DNA of 64,000 bases from Phallusia mammillata. Taxonomy: Eukaryota. Below the pieces are notes generated by a model that was not told the DNA's origin, did not search any database, and saw nothing but the letters and a program-made list of their open reading frames with translations. A program made the position numbers and the translations under genes. The stretch's first letter is position 1; each line of letters begins with the position of its first letter. Shown here in pieces: positions 50,384 to 62,312 of this stretch. The stretch is taken from assembly GCA_965637545.1 (NCBI GenBank), contig OZ281497.1:25482001-25546000 (forward strand), given 5' to 3'.

Positions 50384-51832
50384 TCATGTTATTTTCTGGT
50401 CAATTCCAGTTGATGATTTCCTTGGGTTCTTCACTTCAGGCAAGTTTCGTCCTGTCAATATGTCTTGCATTTCAAGTCTACGGTTTTTGGATGACACGAA
50501 GCATGTAAGGACAACACTAATAAACACACAAATACACTGAAACAGTAGAGCTCCGAAACGTTTGAATTGGTCGAACACAGCTCTGCCGATTACACCAAGT
50601 AGCAAAGCGATTGCTGTTTGAATCCCTGTCATCCAAGTGTTGACCAGCGTCTCGTCCACCGGATAGGTCAGCTGCGTGGCCATTTCGAACAGGACGACTT
50701 CAGTAAAACCAGAGAAAACTCCAAATAAGGAATTGCTGAAGTACACCATTGGAAGATAGTTTAATTGTACGCTGATCGCTATACCCACATTAGACGATAG
50801 CACCAGTGTTGTTCCGAGTATTGCGAATTGCTTGTAGTATTTATACTTGTCCACCAGCTTGCCGCCAAATGCTAAGCCTACTATGGAGCCGAGTGCAAAC
50901 GTGCTCATGATGTAACCACTCAAAACGTTTGGGTGGAGGCCGTTTGATGTTCTATGGGTCGTGTTGCTATTGTCATGTATAGTAACCGACCGTATAATCT
51001 CGGACATCATTAGGCTTTCAAGAATTACTATTTGAAAAATAATTCCGATTACAATTAGGATTTTCACGTACGAAGCATTTGTGAAGAGAACTTTAGTTTC
51101 AGTAAGAAAGTCCCGGAATGTGCGTATGGTTTCCGGTGTTTCCTCTCTTGCTTGGGTGGCTGTTGGCGGAGTTGGCGGTTTATCAGTAATAAATACCGCA
51201 AAAAACACGGTCGTTAGCAAAGTTACCACTGTGAAACAAGCAAACATGATGACAAGCCTACGTTGTCCCACGAGTAGTTTTCCTTCCGATAAAAGTGTGC
51301 TGTGATTTCCGCGGTGCGTTGGAAAGACAAGTGCGGGCGGTAAAATGTAACCTGTGCCATCACCCAAAAACAACCCGATGAAATTCACTGCTATGGCTGT
51401 ACCGACTTGCCTTTCTGGGAACCAAAACACGGCGAAAATGGAGGGCACACTCACTCCAACGGTTTCAGCCAGTCCGCTTAAAATTTGTCCAATCACAGCA
51501 ATGGAGATAAGGTTACGGTTGACAAGAGACGCTGTTACTAGAAGCAGTCCAAACGTCTGGCAAGTGCCTACCAGCAAAATGATATTCCGTAGACTGAATT
51601 TATGTTTAAAAATCAGCCATGCCAACGGAATTGTAATCAAGATTCCGCTGATATTCCTTGCGTTGGTGATCCAATCCACTTGGGCGTGAGAGGCATTGAA
51701 CAACTGAACGTAGAAGCTGCTTATTTGACCGAAACTGGCAAAGGAAATTCCAGACATGTACTGCAGGATAAAGAGAGCGCCAAGGAACAGCCACCTACGC
51801 TTGTAAAGGCGATAAGACTTGGTTTCAGCCAT
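50384..51832 (-). CDS. SLC49/FLVCR-like MFS transporter, copy 5 (intronless, 482 aa, most divergent copy)
   Basis: Intact ORF with YKRRW, WITNARNI, WFPERQVGTAIA, TDKPPTPP and TYPVDE. Confidence 0.9.
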   Translation of the reverse strand: MAETKSYRLYKRRWLFLGALFILQYMSGISFASFGQISSFYVQLFNASHAQVDWITNARNISGILITIPLAWLIFKHKFSLRNIILLVGTCQTFGLLLVTASLVNRNLISIAVIGQILSGLAETVGVSVPSIFAVFWFPERQVGTAIAVNFIGLFLGDGTGYILPPALVFPTHRGNHSTLLSEGKLLVGQRRLVIMFACFTVVTLLTTVFFAVFITDKPPTPPTATQAREETPETIRTFRDFLTETKVLFTNASYVKILIVIGIIFQIVILESLMMSEIIRSVTIHDNSNTTHRTSNGLHPNVLSGYIMSTFALGSIVGLAFGGKLVDKYKYYKQFAILGTTLVLSSNVGIAISVQLNYLPMVYFSNSLFGVFSGFTEVVLFEMATQLTYPVDETLVNTWMTGIQTAIALLLGVIGRAVFDQFKRFGALLFQCICVFISVVLTCFVSSKNRRLEMQDILTGRNLPEVKNPRKSSTGIDQKIT

Positions 51833-52971
51833 TTTGTGACTCTAAGCTAACTCAATACAAAGCCTTCATTAAAAAAACGTGTAAGCAATTGCAAGCGTAC
51901 ACGAATTTACGACACAAATGAGCTAAGTCAGGCCTAACTTTAATAAACTTTCGAGCTAATAAAACGTTTTTTTTTAATTGATAGACAAACGAACTTTAGA
52001 CAAATACATATTCAGACATTAAAACGCACTGTTACAATGCTGTTGATAACGTTTCTCAAAATTAATTTATGAGTTATGGACTGTAATAGTACATTTTTTT
52101 CCTGACTAAAACTTAACTACCACCAACTTTTTTTGCAGCAATACTGCTGTCTATTTATATTGTTACTTTTTATTGTGAAAAGTTTTTGAAGCCTGTTAAA
52201 ATCACAGTGACCATTTTTGGTCAAACCCCATCTATGCCCAAACACTGCATTTATCACCACTTGTTTTAGTGTGAGTCACTGCGTCGGGTTTTGTAAAATT
52301 GTGCATTGATTTCGCTATTCACTCTAAATAGGAAGTGACGGGCCAATTTGTATTTACAGGAATGTCTGTTCGTATTTACTATTGTAAACAAAACACGTTC
52401 TTTGTTTGTTTTTCCTTTATTTCATGTTAATTTTATTGTTGTATTCATGGTTAGTATAATTGTCTTTATTACTGACACATGTGCTTGTTTTTGACTTGCG
52501 TCCTTATTCTGTCTCTTTAAGCATTTCTTTCACCACACACTTTGTTGGCCTAGCAACTTGTATATTGGTAAGTTTAATTTTTCTGCAAGAAATGTTGGCT
52601 GAAGTAAAAGCCGATTGTTGAAACCGCTAGCCTTAACACTAAGATTTGCCAAAAAATTAATTGCTGTTGGTTTTGTAAGAAAACTCTAGATATTTTCTGG
52701 CCGTCTTTATTTTTGGATTTGTTAAGGATGACAACCCCAGTTAGGCTATATCTTTTTTTTCAAAGTTCTTTTTTATTGCGTCAAAGTTTCATTGTTCTTT
52801 TTGACATTGAACTATTGTTTCTGAATAACATGTTGTTGTATTTTTTGTAGACATTCATCTTTAGCACATTCTAGATTTCTATTAAAGTCAACATGTAAAA
52901 CAATAACAGATCATAAACAACACAAAATGCTTTACAACATAATACCGGTTTGACTATAATAACCGAAAGTG

Positions 52972-54381
52972 TTATTGTTGAGAGTTAAGCAACGGCGTTC
53001 TAGCATCTCGTTGTGTCTTCGCTCCACCTTTTTTCTTCTCAACTTCCAGTCTGCGATTCCTGGACGAGACTAACATCAATAACAGTATGCTCAAGAGCAC
53101 ACAAGCACATTGAAAGGCAAGCACCCCAATACTCTTCCAATGTTTGAACATAACCCTAGCAAGAATTCCCATCAGCAAACCTATTAAAGTTTGAATTCCG
53201 GTCATCCAAGTGTTGACCAGCGTCTCGTCTATCGGATAAGTCAACTGTGTGGCCATTTCAAACAGAACCACAGAACAAAACCCGGTCAAGAATCCAAACA
53301 ATGCGTTACATGCGTATAAGCCTGGAGTATTTCTGTATATTGCACTGATAAGGATTCCCAAAAGTGACAAGATGTCTGTAAACGTTCCACACAAAGCCAG
53401 AAGCTTGTATCGCTTACAACGGTCAACAACTTTTCCACCAACAGTGAGGCCAAGAATGGCGCCAACGCCGAATGTACACATGATGTAACCGCTCAACGTA
53501 GATGATGAAACGTGATGTGCCATGTGAAGATCAGCTATGATTTCAGACATCATCATATTTTCTATTAAGACAAGTTGAAACACAAATCCTATGATAATGC
53601 AAATTAGATCATATGAAGGTATGGAAAAAAGCTTTTTAGTTTCTAAGAAGAATTCCATTGTAGGCCTTTCAACTTTTTCTTCTTTATTCTTTAGATCTTG
53701 TGCAAACGTGGGTGGTGTGGGAGGCTTATCGGTCAAGAAAATCACAAACAAAATGGTTACAGCTGCAGATATGGCCAGAAATACTCCATACATGTAACGC
53801 AATTGACGTTGTCCTACTGCTAAAGCCCCAATGCTTAAAATTCCTTTGTGTTTTAATGTATGGTTCGAAGGTGTCACAAGATATGAAGGCAATGTGTATC
53901 CAACTTCATTTCCCACATACAGACCGACAACATTTAAAGCTATTGCTGTTCCGACTTGATTTTCTGGAAACCAAAGCACAGCAAAAGTTGATGGTGCTGC
54001 TACACCCACAGTTTCTGAAAGTCCGCAAAAGATTTGCCCAATTACTATCAGAGCAAACAACGAACGGTCAATTAGAGACAAAGTAACAAACAGAATACCG
54101 ATTGTCGAACTGCCAGCAATTATAAGCACCAATCCTCTTAATCCAATTTTATCCTTGAATACCAGCAAGGCAAGAGGAAATGTGATAAATATGGCGCTGA
54201 TATTTCTTGCGTTGGTGATCCAGTCCACTTGTCCTGGAGTTGCTTTGAAAAACTGAACGTAAAAAGTGTTGATTTGTCCGTAGCTGGCAAATGATATTCC
54301 GGCACAAAATTGTAGAACAAATAATCCGAAAAGAAGAATCCATCTCCGAGTATACAACTTCAACTGCTGGTCACTTTCCAT
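52972..54381 (-). CDS. SLC49/FLVCR-like MFS transporter, copy 6 (intronless, 469 aa)
   Basis: Intact ORF; most similar to copy 8. Confidence 0.9.
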   Translation of the reverse strand: MESDQQLKLYTRRWILLFGLFVLQFCAGISFASYGQINTFYVQFFKATPGQVDWITNARNISAIFITFPLALLVFKDKIGLRGLVLIIAGSSTIGILFVTLSLIDRSLFALIVIGQIFCGLSETVGVAAPSTFAVLWFPENQVGTAIALNVVGLYVGNEVGYTLPSYLVTPSNHTLKHKGILSIGALAVGQRQLRYMYGVFLAISAAVTILFVIFLTDKPPTPPTFAQDLKNKEEKVERPTMEFFLETKKLFSIPSYDLICIIIGFVFQLVLIENMMMSEIIADLHMAHHVSSSTLSGYIMCTFGVGAILGLTVGGKVVDRCKRYKLLALCGTFTDILSLLGILISAIYRNTPGLYACNALFGFLTGFCSVVLFEMATQLTYPIDETLVNTWMTGIQTLIGLLMGILARVMFKHWKSIGVLAFQCACVLLSILLLMLVSSRNRRLEVEKKKGGAKTQRDARTPLLNSQQ

Positions 54382-57300
54382 TGCTTATAAAATTGTGTAT
54401 TTATAATAAACTGCAATAAACGCTGATCCACTTTTGATGGACTTAGGCTATTCAGCTAACAGGTTTTTTTTCTATTCAACAAATTAGCTATAATTTTTTT
54501 GCAATTTTTTTTGCAAAAAAAAATAAATGATCGAAATTCTTTTTCCAACGAATTCAAAGGGGTTTCAAAATCCAAACAAACAATTTCATGTAAAATGTTT
54601 AAACAATTCGCAGGAATTTCAGAGCATGGAAGTCCTCGTCATTGGTGGATTAGCTCTTTTCCTGGATTTCAAAGAGAGTTTAGCAAAGTAATTAGAACTA
54701 AAAATGGAAGTCGACCAAAAACAGGAAGTTGGTATGATAGCCTTTAAAAAGCGACCGATATTCAGCAATAAAAACGCAAAAACTATAGTTTTAGGTTATC
54801 ATCCCGGATGCAACGGGAAAATATTTCAAAGTATTAAACCTGAAAAGTATACGGCCCGGTAACCAACTTCTCGCGGACCGGCACTGGACGGCGGACCGGC
54901 GGTTGCGACCATTGTTATAGCTTACATGTTTAAAAAATAAGAAACCGTTTTTGAATCACCGTAAACAGCAAAAATATAAGCTTCTTTCATCATTTTTATT
55001 ATTCGGTAAAAAGTTAGGCGTTAGTTTTTAACTTTTTTAGCGGCTCTCACCGGACGAATTTGTACTTGTTATTTCCGCAAAGCTGTGTAAGTGGTTACAC
55101 ATGCTTGTCGTACAACGACCGAATACTTAAACGGGAAACAGTCTGTTAAACTTATCTTAACCTTATTAAATACAATCTACTAACATTAAATTAACGCCTA
55201 ATTGCAGCTTGTAAGATATTTTTGACTTGCTGGCATAAAATGTGGCTTAAACCAATGCCTTCTCTTAGGTAAACAAGGCATGCCGGCTTTACCATAAAAC
55301 AATTCGCAGTGTCCGACAAAATAACAACAACATAAATACATAATAAGCTGATGGAAATCGTTTGGCAATCAGGTGTTAATGTTATCATTCCTAGAGGGTG
55401 ACAACATGTAAACGTCAACTTTTAGTAAACTAATTGGCAATAATAAACATATGTTTCACGAAAGGTTTAACTAAAGTTACCACATTCAATATTTTTTTAG
55501 AAAATTTTAATTATCAAGCGAAACTCATCGAGGCAATGACGTCAAGCGGAATTCCATAGAAATATTATTTTTGACTGAATATGAAACGCTCGTGAAAAGC
55601 ACAAAGAAACTTTCAAACTGGTTAGTACTGGTGTTGTAACGTTAAGCAAACATTTACACAAACAAAGAAATCGGTAGTTTTAAACTGTGCAGTCATTTCC
55701 GCTTCAATGTTGTCAACAAAAAAACAAAGGCTCGGTTGGCTATAATCATCTGTGAATATAGTAAGCCAGCCTAAGTTTGAACAAAACGGGCTTGATCCCA
55801 GCGTGACATTACGTTTGGCTACGTGTCGTAAAAATGTTGGCCCATGTAACTTTCGTGCTTTGCTTTTTAAATATATCGGCTTCGGGCTTGTACATTTGTA
55901 ACACGCCTTTGTAGTTCGGTGTAGACCTGTGGTTGTCACTTGTTGCAATGTTCATTAAAAGTATAAAAACCGGCGTATAAAATTTGATAGGTAAAACATA
56001 TCTGTCTTCCACGAGCACCAACCTACAGGTGCATTAACCTGTCACGGTGAGTGTCGCCGCTCACAAAACGAACACTGGGGACGCCACAGAACATGCGTGA
56101 CGTAATAATTGCGTAACACACTTGGATTCCTCTCTGCTAATAACTCAGCGATACAGCATTAGCACAAATGTTTTTTAGTCCAGCAAAGTGTTTGTTACGT
56201 TAGAAGCTGAAGAATTAAAATGTACCCATCCAGTTTGTGACTCTATTCATTACAATTATTCTTCAATTTGACGGGACGCATGTACAGTAAAGGAAATTAT
56301 TTCCAGACTACATGAATCTTGAATACAAAGATCCTATAATAAATCACATCGGCGATATGATAGCTGAATGGACCGAATTGTTTTGGCAGTCCTGGAAATG
56401 AATCCAACAGTTTCGGGTGGCGATATAACCTGTGTAAAACTCAAAGTTTTACCAATTTACCCAAAATTGTTAACATGCAAGATAGACCTTAACACTCTTA
56501 ATCTACCGAAGACTAATTTCTGTAGAAGGGCCAAAACCCATGGTACCAAAACTTTTCCAAGGCTAAAGTTAAGTACTTGCAAGAACGTCCATCAAAAACC
56601 GATCGATTGTTGTCCTTAAACTTCCAAGCTTATCAGGAGAGAATACTTGTATCTCCACACAGATATATCGCACTTCTTGTCCTTTGTGTATTGTTCTTTG
56701 ACAAAAGATTGCGACCGGCTAATGAGTTGAGTTTTTTTCGCTTGGTGAAAGACAACATAGTAACACAATTGCACTAAAACAATCACCAAGCCGGAAATAG
56801 CTGCGCAAGGTTAAAATGTTATGAAGCGCAAAAAATGTGTCGGGTACAATTGGTGGATACAGATGAATTTACAGATGAACTACATAATTAGAATAAAATG
56901 CCAGAAAACTGAACAATTGCCGTTTTACAATGTGGTAAAGGCTCTAAACTATACACATGTGCTCTTGCGATTGGCTCTCGTACAATTCCTGCACAAAGCA
57001 GCGTAAAATCACAAGACATGTCAAACTATAGTGTTGAAGCACGTAAACATAAGGTCAAAGAGTCACATCCGCACCTCAATTAACTGCCTGCTACGGGAAG
57101 TATTGCAAAGTCGGCGAAAGGATTAGGCAACGCATATGAATTAACTTGCTACACAATTTGACTTCCTTTCAGAACTTTGAGCTGGAATGTCGAAACGAGC
57201 GGATATGGTAAACAGCTATGGGAAAATCTGCACAAATTGTTTACATACATGCAAAGATTGATTGGTGTAGTTCTAGGCAGAAAAGTTGAGAATCGTTGCT

Positions 57301-58449
57301 ATAGTTGCGTTTGGAATATAAAGAAAAACTGTTATTCGTTACCTACTTGCACTCGCTGTGAGTGTTACGGTTTACGAATTTGCAACTAAACATATTTTTG
57401 CTGGGTTAACATTTATTTAATTGGTGTAGGCTAGTTCTGTTTGAAACGGTAACATAGTAGACAAAACCGTTTGCCGAAATCCTTATCATTAGTTGCATGA
57501 CTGCCGTCGGAAACAGGAATCGCTTTGCTTCTGTTGCTTGATTTTGCCTAAAACGTTTGGAGATATAGCAGGCCACCATTCGAATTCGATGCTGCCTGGT
57601 GTCTACAAGGATGCGGTTTCTATTCCTGTCGGATCGACATGGTTGCCCGAAGCAAGAATTTAGGTGAACAAGATCACCATGACCCCAAGCCGCATATTTG
57701 TACTAAAAAAGGCAGCCCGACGGCGGACGCATTGATAGTAAACGGCTTTTAGGGCAAGCGTTGCCAGTCTGCAGTGGAAAAAAATGACACCCCCGAACAA
57801 CTGGATTTGTGTGCACGATTTTCCAACGGTTCGTGCTGAAAAGAGTAAACCTACTCGCATGTAACCTCCGGTACTTCCTTCCAACAGCGACATGTTCGGA
57901 TGACTGACAACGTTTAAATGGACTTAGCAACCACAAATATTCTTTGAAAGTTTCTGTCATTTTTACTTGATCAATGTGTCACGCAAAAACTCAACACGAA
58001 CAAACAGGATGTAGCACAAAAATTCGTCGGATTTTTGCGTGTAGTGCCCACTGCCGTTAGTCGCAGTTCCCTTTGGTTTAGTGTCAAGCAATCTTGACTT
58101 TAAACTTTTGTCACTTACTGAAAAGCATTACAAATTCAGAAAACGAACTTAGAAATTTCAAACGGTGTCGATCTTTTTAGAAACTGTTTTCCAAGAAATT
58201 GATTTTCGGCAAACCGGACAACAACAGCTGTTATGAAAAGAGGGATATAAACGAAAGCGGAAATGAGTTAGCAGCTTATGTAGTTCTTTGGTTTAAAATT
58301 GTGCTGTAAACGATGATTTTGTACGCCTAGTATTTAAAAAGTTTATGCAAATGTAACACATGTAATGTATTATACCAGACTGCAAATTAAGCTAACCATA
58401 AAAGGTATAGATAAGCTTAAGGTGTAGCAACATTTTGTGACTAATATAA

Positions 58450-59865
58450 ATGCCAACAAAAAACATGACGCAAGTAAAGCTGTATAAGCGAAGATGGATT
58501 TTCCTTTTCGGAATATTTCTGCTGCAGTTTTGTGCTGGACAGTCGTTCGCCAGTTACGGGCAGATCAACTGGTTTTACGTTCAGTTTTTCAACGCAACAC
58601 CAGCACAAGTGGATTGGATCACCAACGCAAGAAACATCAGCGCCATATTTATCGTATTTCCTCTTGCCCTATTGATTTTTAAAGATAAAGTCGGATTGAA
58701 AGAACTTGTACTTTTAATCTCTGGTAGTGCGACAATTGGTTTTCTGTTTGTTACTTTATCTCTTATTAACCGTTCATTGTTTGCTCTGATAGTCCTTGGA
58801 CAACTTGTTTGTGGACTTGCCGACACTTTATGCTTGGCTCTCCCTGCGACGTTTGCTGTGCTTTGGTTTCCAGAAAACCAAGTTGGCAGTGCAATAGCGT
58901 TGAATACGCTGGGAATGTACTTTGGAACTGAGGTTGCTTATGTTCTTCCTTCGTATCTTGTAACACCTTCAAACCATACGTTACTGAAAGGCGAAGTTTT
59001 AAGCCTCAATGCTTTAGCTGCAGGACAAAGTAATTTGCGTTACATGTACGGTGCACTTCTGGCTATGTGTGCAGCTGTAACTACCTTGTTTGCAATTTTC
59101 TTGACTGATAAACCTCCCACACCACCAACATATGCACAAGAGCTAAAAAATAATGAGGTAAAGGTGCAAAGATCTACGATGGATTTTCTTGTGCAAACGA
59201 AGAATCTGTTTACCATACCTTCATATACTTTAATAACTGTCGCTCTCGGAATTGTTTTTCAACTGGAGTTAATTGAAAATATGTTTATGTCTGAAATCAT
59301 TGCTGAAATTCACATTTCGCACAACGTTGCACCTTCTACGTTAAGCGGTTATATCATGTGTATGGTTGGTGTTGGAGCCATCCTTGGCATTAGCATCGGT
59401 GGAAAAGTAGTTGATCGTTGCAAAAAGTATAAACTTCTTGCATTATGTACAACTGCATCTTTGTTTATTTCAACTGTGGGAATGGCAATTAGTGCACTCT
59501 GCAGAAACACCCCAGGAATATACGTATCCAACGCACTGTATGGATTCTTTACCGGGTTTTCTCTTGTAATACTGTTTGAAATGGTCACACAGCTGACTTA
59601 TCCCATCGACGAGACGCTGGTTAACACTTTGATGACCCCTATTCACACTATGATTGGTTTGCTGATGGGCGTAGTTGCAAGGGTCATGTTTCAGCATTGG
59701 AGAAGTATTGGGGTGCTTGCGTTTCAATGCGCTTGCGTGTTACTGGGTGTCCTGTTGCTGTTCCTAGTTTCGTCCAGAAATCGCAGATTGGAAGTTGGAG
59801 ACCAAAACGGGACTATTGCAAAACAAGAAAATGCTGAAACACCATTACTTAACTCTCAACAATAA
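58450..59865 (+). CDS. SLC49/FLVCR-like MFS transporter, copy 7 (intronless, 471 aa)
   Basis: Intact ORF with the same motifs, in the opposite orientation to copies 1-6. Confidence 0.9.
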   Translation: MPTKNMTQVKLYKRRWIFLFGIFLLQFCAGQSFASYGQINWFYVQFFNATPAQVDWITNARNISAIFIVFPLALLIFKDKVGLKELVLLISGSATIGFLFVTLSLINRSLFALIVLGQLVCGLADTLCLALPATFAVLWFPENQVGSAIALNTLGMYFGTEVAYVLPSYLVTPSNHTLLKGEVLSLNALAAGQSNLRYMYGALLAMCAAVTTLFAIFLTDKPPTPPTYAQELKNNEVKVQRSTMDFLVQTKNLFTIPSYTLITVALGIVFQLELIENMFMSEIIAEIHISHNVAPSTLSGYIMCMVGVGAILGISIGGKVVDRCKKYKLLALCTTASLFISTVGMAISALCRNTPGIYVSNALYGFFTGFSLVILFEMVTQLTYPIDETLVNTLMTPIHTMIGLLMGVVARVMFQHWRSIGVLAFQCACVLLGVLLLFLVSSRNRRLEVGDQNGTIAKQENAETPLLNSQQ

Positions 59866-61515
59866 CTGAAAACCTGGTTTCAGTGTGAAACCTTGGACGC
59901 CGAAACTTGTTATTTTGTTTATTATTTAACGAACCGTGTTTACCCACAATGCGACTTCTTTCTTGTGAGCCCCAGTCACACTACGCTTCTTAATTTGATG
60001 TAGCTGCAGAGCGTTTAGCCATGATGCACTAATGGTGCCCAACACAGTTTTGCTTCCATGTCGTTTTCACTTTGCGCAGCCATTTTCGGCTTGTGGTTTG
60101 TTTGCGGCTTGTGGATTGTTTTAGTGCAATTGTGTCTTTCACCAAGCGAAATAAACCCAAATCAAATTGCAATGTAGCTGCAGTGCGTTTAGCCGGATCA
60201 ATTGTGCCCTTTACTATTTTGTGTCCCATACGCTGTGCAATCATTTCCGCCTTGATTCTTGCTCTGCAATTGTGTGGTCATATGCTATTTCACACGAATC
60301 GAAATAAACTTTCTTCAACAAGTTCGACAAGTCGCTCATTATGCCATTTTCGCCATTCTTGAATTTCACAAGCCTCCATCGGTCATTGATCTCATTTCAA
60401 ACGACAAGTTATACGAAAAATTGCCCTAGTTTGAAACTATTGGAGTTTTATCGTTATATAAACTCATCAAATAAACTTTTGTATTGTACTTTTCTTTTGA
60501 TATGTGCGAATTGATGCAAGAAATTCAGCTTTTATCACGTACAACGGGATGCACGTTGTAAAGAATTTACTATTAAGCTGACCTTGCATTATTTCAGCAA
60601 GCCCAGAGAAGTCAAACTGAGAGTGAAATGGTGACAGAACCTAAATAACTTAGGTCTCAGTAGGCCCGTGCCTGATTTTTTGTTAAGAATAGCCCAAGAT
60701 TTAGTCGTAAAGTTAGATTTACCAATCTGAATCTACGACACAGATGTGGCAAAGTGCAAGGTTCTGAATTAAGCCCGTTTTTGTTCTTACTTTGGCCGAA
60801 CCAGAAAAGCTTGACTTAAAGGTTTGGTCCATAGCTAATAAATAGCTAAAACTTTGCACCAAATTTTTCGACTGCTGTTGCAAATATTGTACAGTTGACC
60901 AGAAAAGAGAAACCAAGCATTACTGACAACTCCAAAATTATGGCCAATACTTTTATGGGGACAATTTGATGTCGCTATTTTAGTGCTGCTGTCTAAATTT
61001 ACGATATCTAATCACCTTGAAATTAAAATCAACTAAAAAATAAATACAAACGTTTACCATAAAACGCGTTGACATAAAATGCTTCTGGCGCTTAGGCGTT
61101 GGCGCACGTTTTCTTGGAAAACAATGATGAGCTTTTAAGTTTAACAATGGAAAGGAACGAAAGCAAAAACAGAACATTAGTTTTCTGCTGCAAGCAAAGA
61201 AACGTCGATTTGTTGAAATTCAAATACTGTGTGTTCTGTGCATGAACGAATAATATGTCTCTGATTTATATCATTAGCGAGCATTTCACTCCTTTTTATC
61301 TGAAGTATTTTTGCAGTGCTGTACTATTTCTGAAACTGCTTTTGATGTTTAGAAATCCGATAGAGATATTTAGTTTGGGAGACTTGTTTTAATTTCTCTT
61401 GGCCACAATTTATGCTGAAACATTTTTTGTGCGTAAATTTATGAAATTAGTTTCAAGAGTATTAATGGTAAGCTTGTTTAAAGACATCCTTTGGCCTATT
61501 TTTTAAGTTGCTGGT

Positions 61516-61737
61516 TTACTTTAAACTCAGTATGTCGTTTTTGTTGGACAAGAAAAGAGCTGTACCATCAGCAAATAGGTTTGTTTTGAAATTGAAAATG
61601 GAAGGTAAGTCATTTATATACATGAGGAATAAAATTGGAGCGAGATCTGAGCCCTGCGGCACGCCACAAAAAATAGAATAGCATTTGTCAAGATATTGCG
61701 CCTTAACCGAGGTCACCTTACCATGCTTTACAAACAA
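61516..61737 (-). mobile_element. Non-LTR retrotransposon (CR1/L2-like) reverse transcriptase fragment
   Basis: GVPQGSDLAPILFLMYINDL...LFADG matches the RT motifs GVPQGSxLGP and FADD. Degenerate continuation probably extends toward about 60.7 kb. Confidence 0.8.
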
Positions 61738-62312
61738 ACACTAAATAATACTGGTAAATGCACAACAACATACACAAGCAATACAACTTAGATTTTATGT
61801 TCAAAGATGTTTTAAGTAACGTTTGCATAGACGTGGAACTCCATGAAAAGTTTCTGGGAAAAATGCGACAGTTCGTTGATTTACGTTGAAATAAACCGTG
61901 TGATGAATTCGTGGTCGGCGCGTGTCTTGTTCGACGCTGCGCGAGGATTCAACTTGATTTTGAAGTGGTTATTATGCAGTAATTCTATGTTGTTATTCGT
62001 GGTGTTGAGGCCCTACAGCAGACAGGGCAACTCAATTATGCGTAATCGAAACAGTTAACAAAATCCCGCATTAAAAACTTGTTGATCCCGCATAAAACAA
62101 AATCGTGGTGCCGCAACGAGTCTGTTAAGAAAGCAAATCGAGAGCAATCAAATTGCAGCAATAACTTGGATTTTCACACGAAAAGAAGTCCGACCATAGG
62201 TTTCATTTGTTACTGGATATTTACGTTCGGTTGTTTTTTTCGCAGAAATTGCAGTTCAAATTTAAAATAGGCTTTGCATTTGTCATATAAATAAATATAT
62301 ATTTCAATAGCA

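Noticed and set aside
10700-55550. Scattered TGACGTCA (CRE) palindromes
   Set aside because: Spread across introns and TE ends with no link to a promoter.
59860-59915. Hammerhead-like motif right after the copy 7 stop codon
   Set aside because: The core reads CTGAAAA (G8 lost) and the cleavage-site geometry does not fit; at most a dead remnant.
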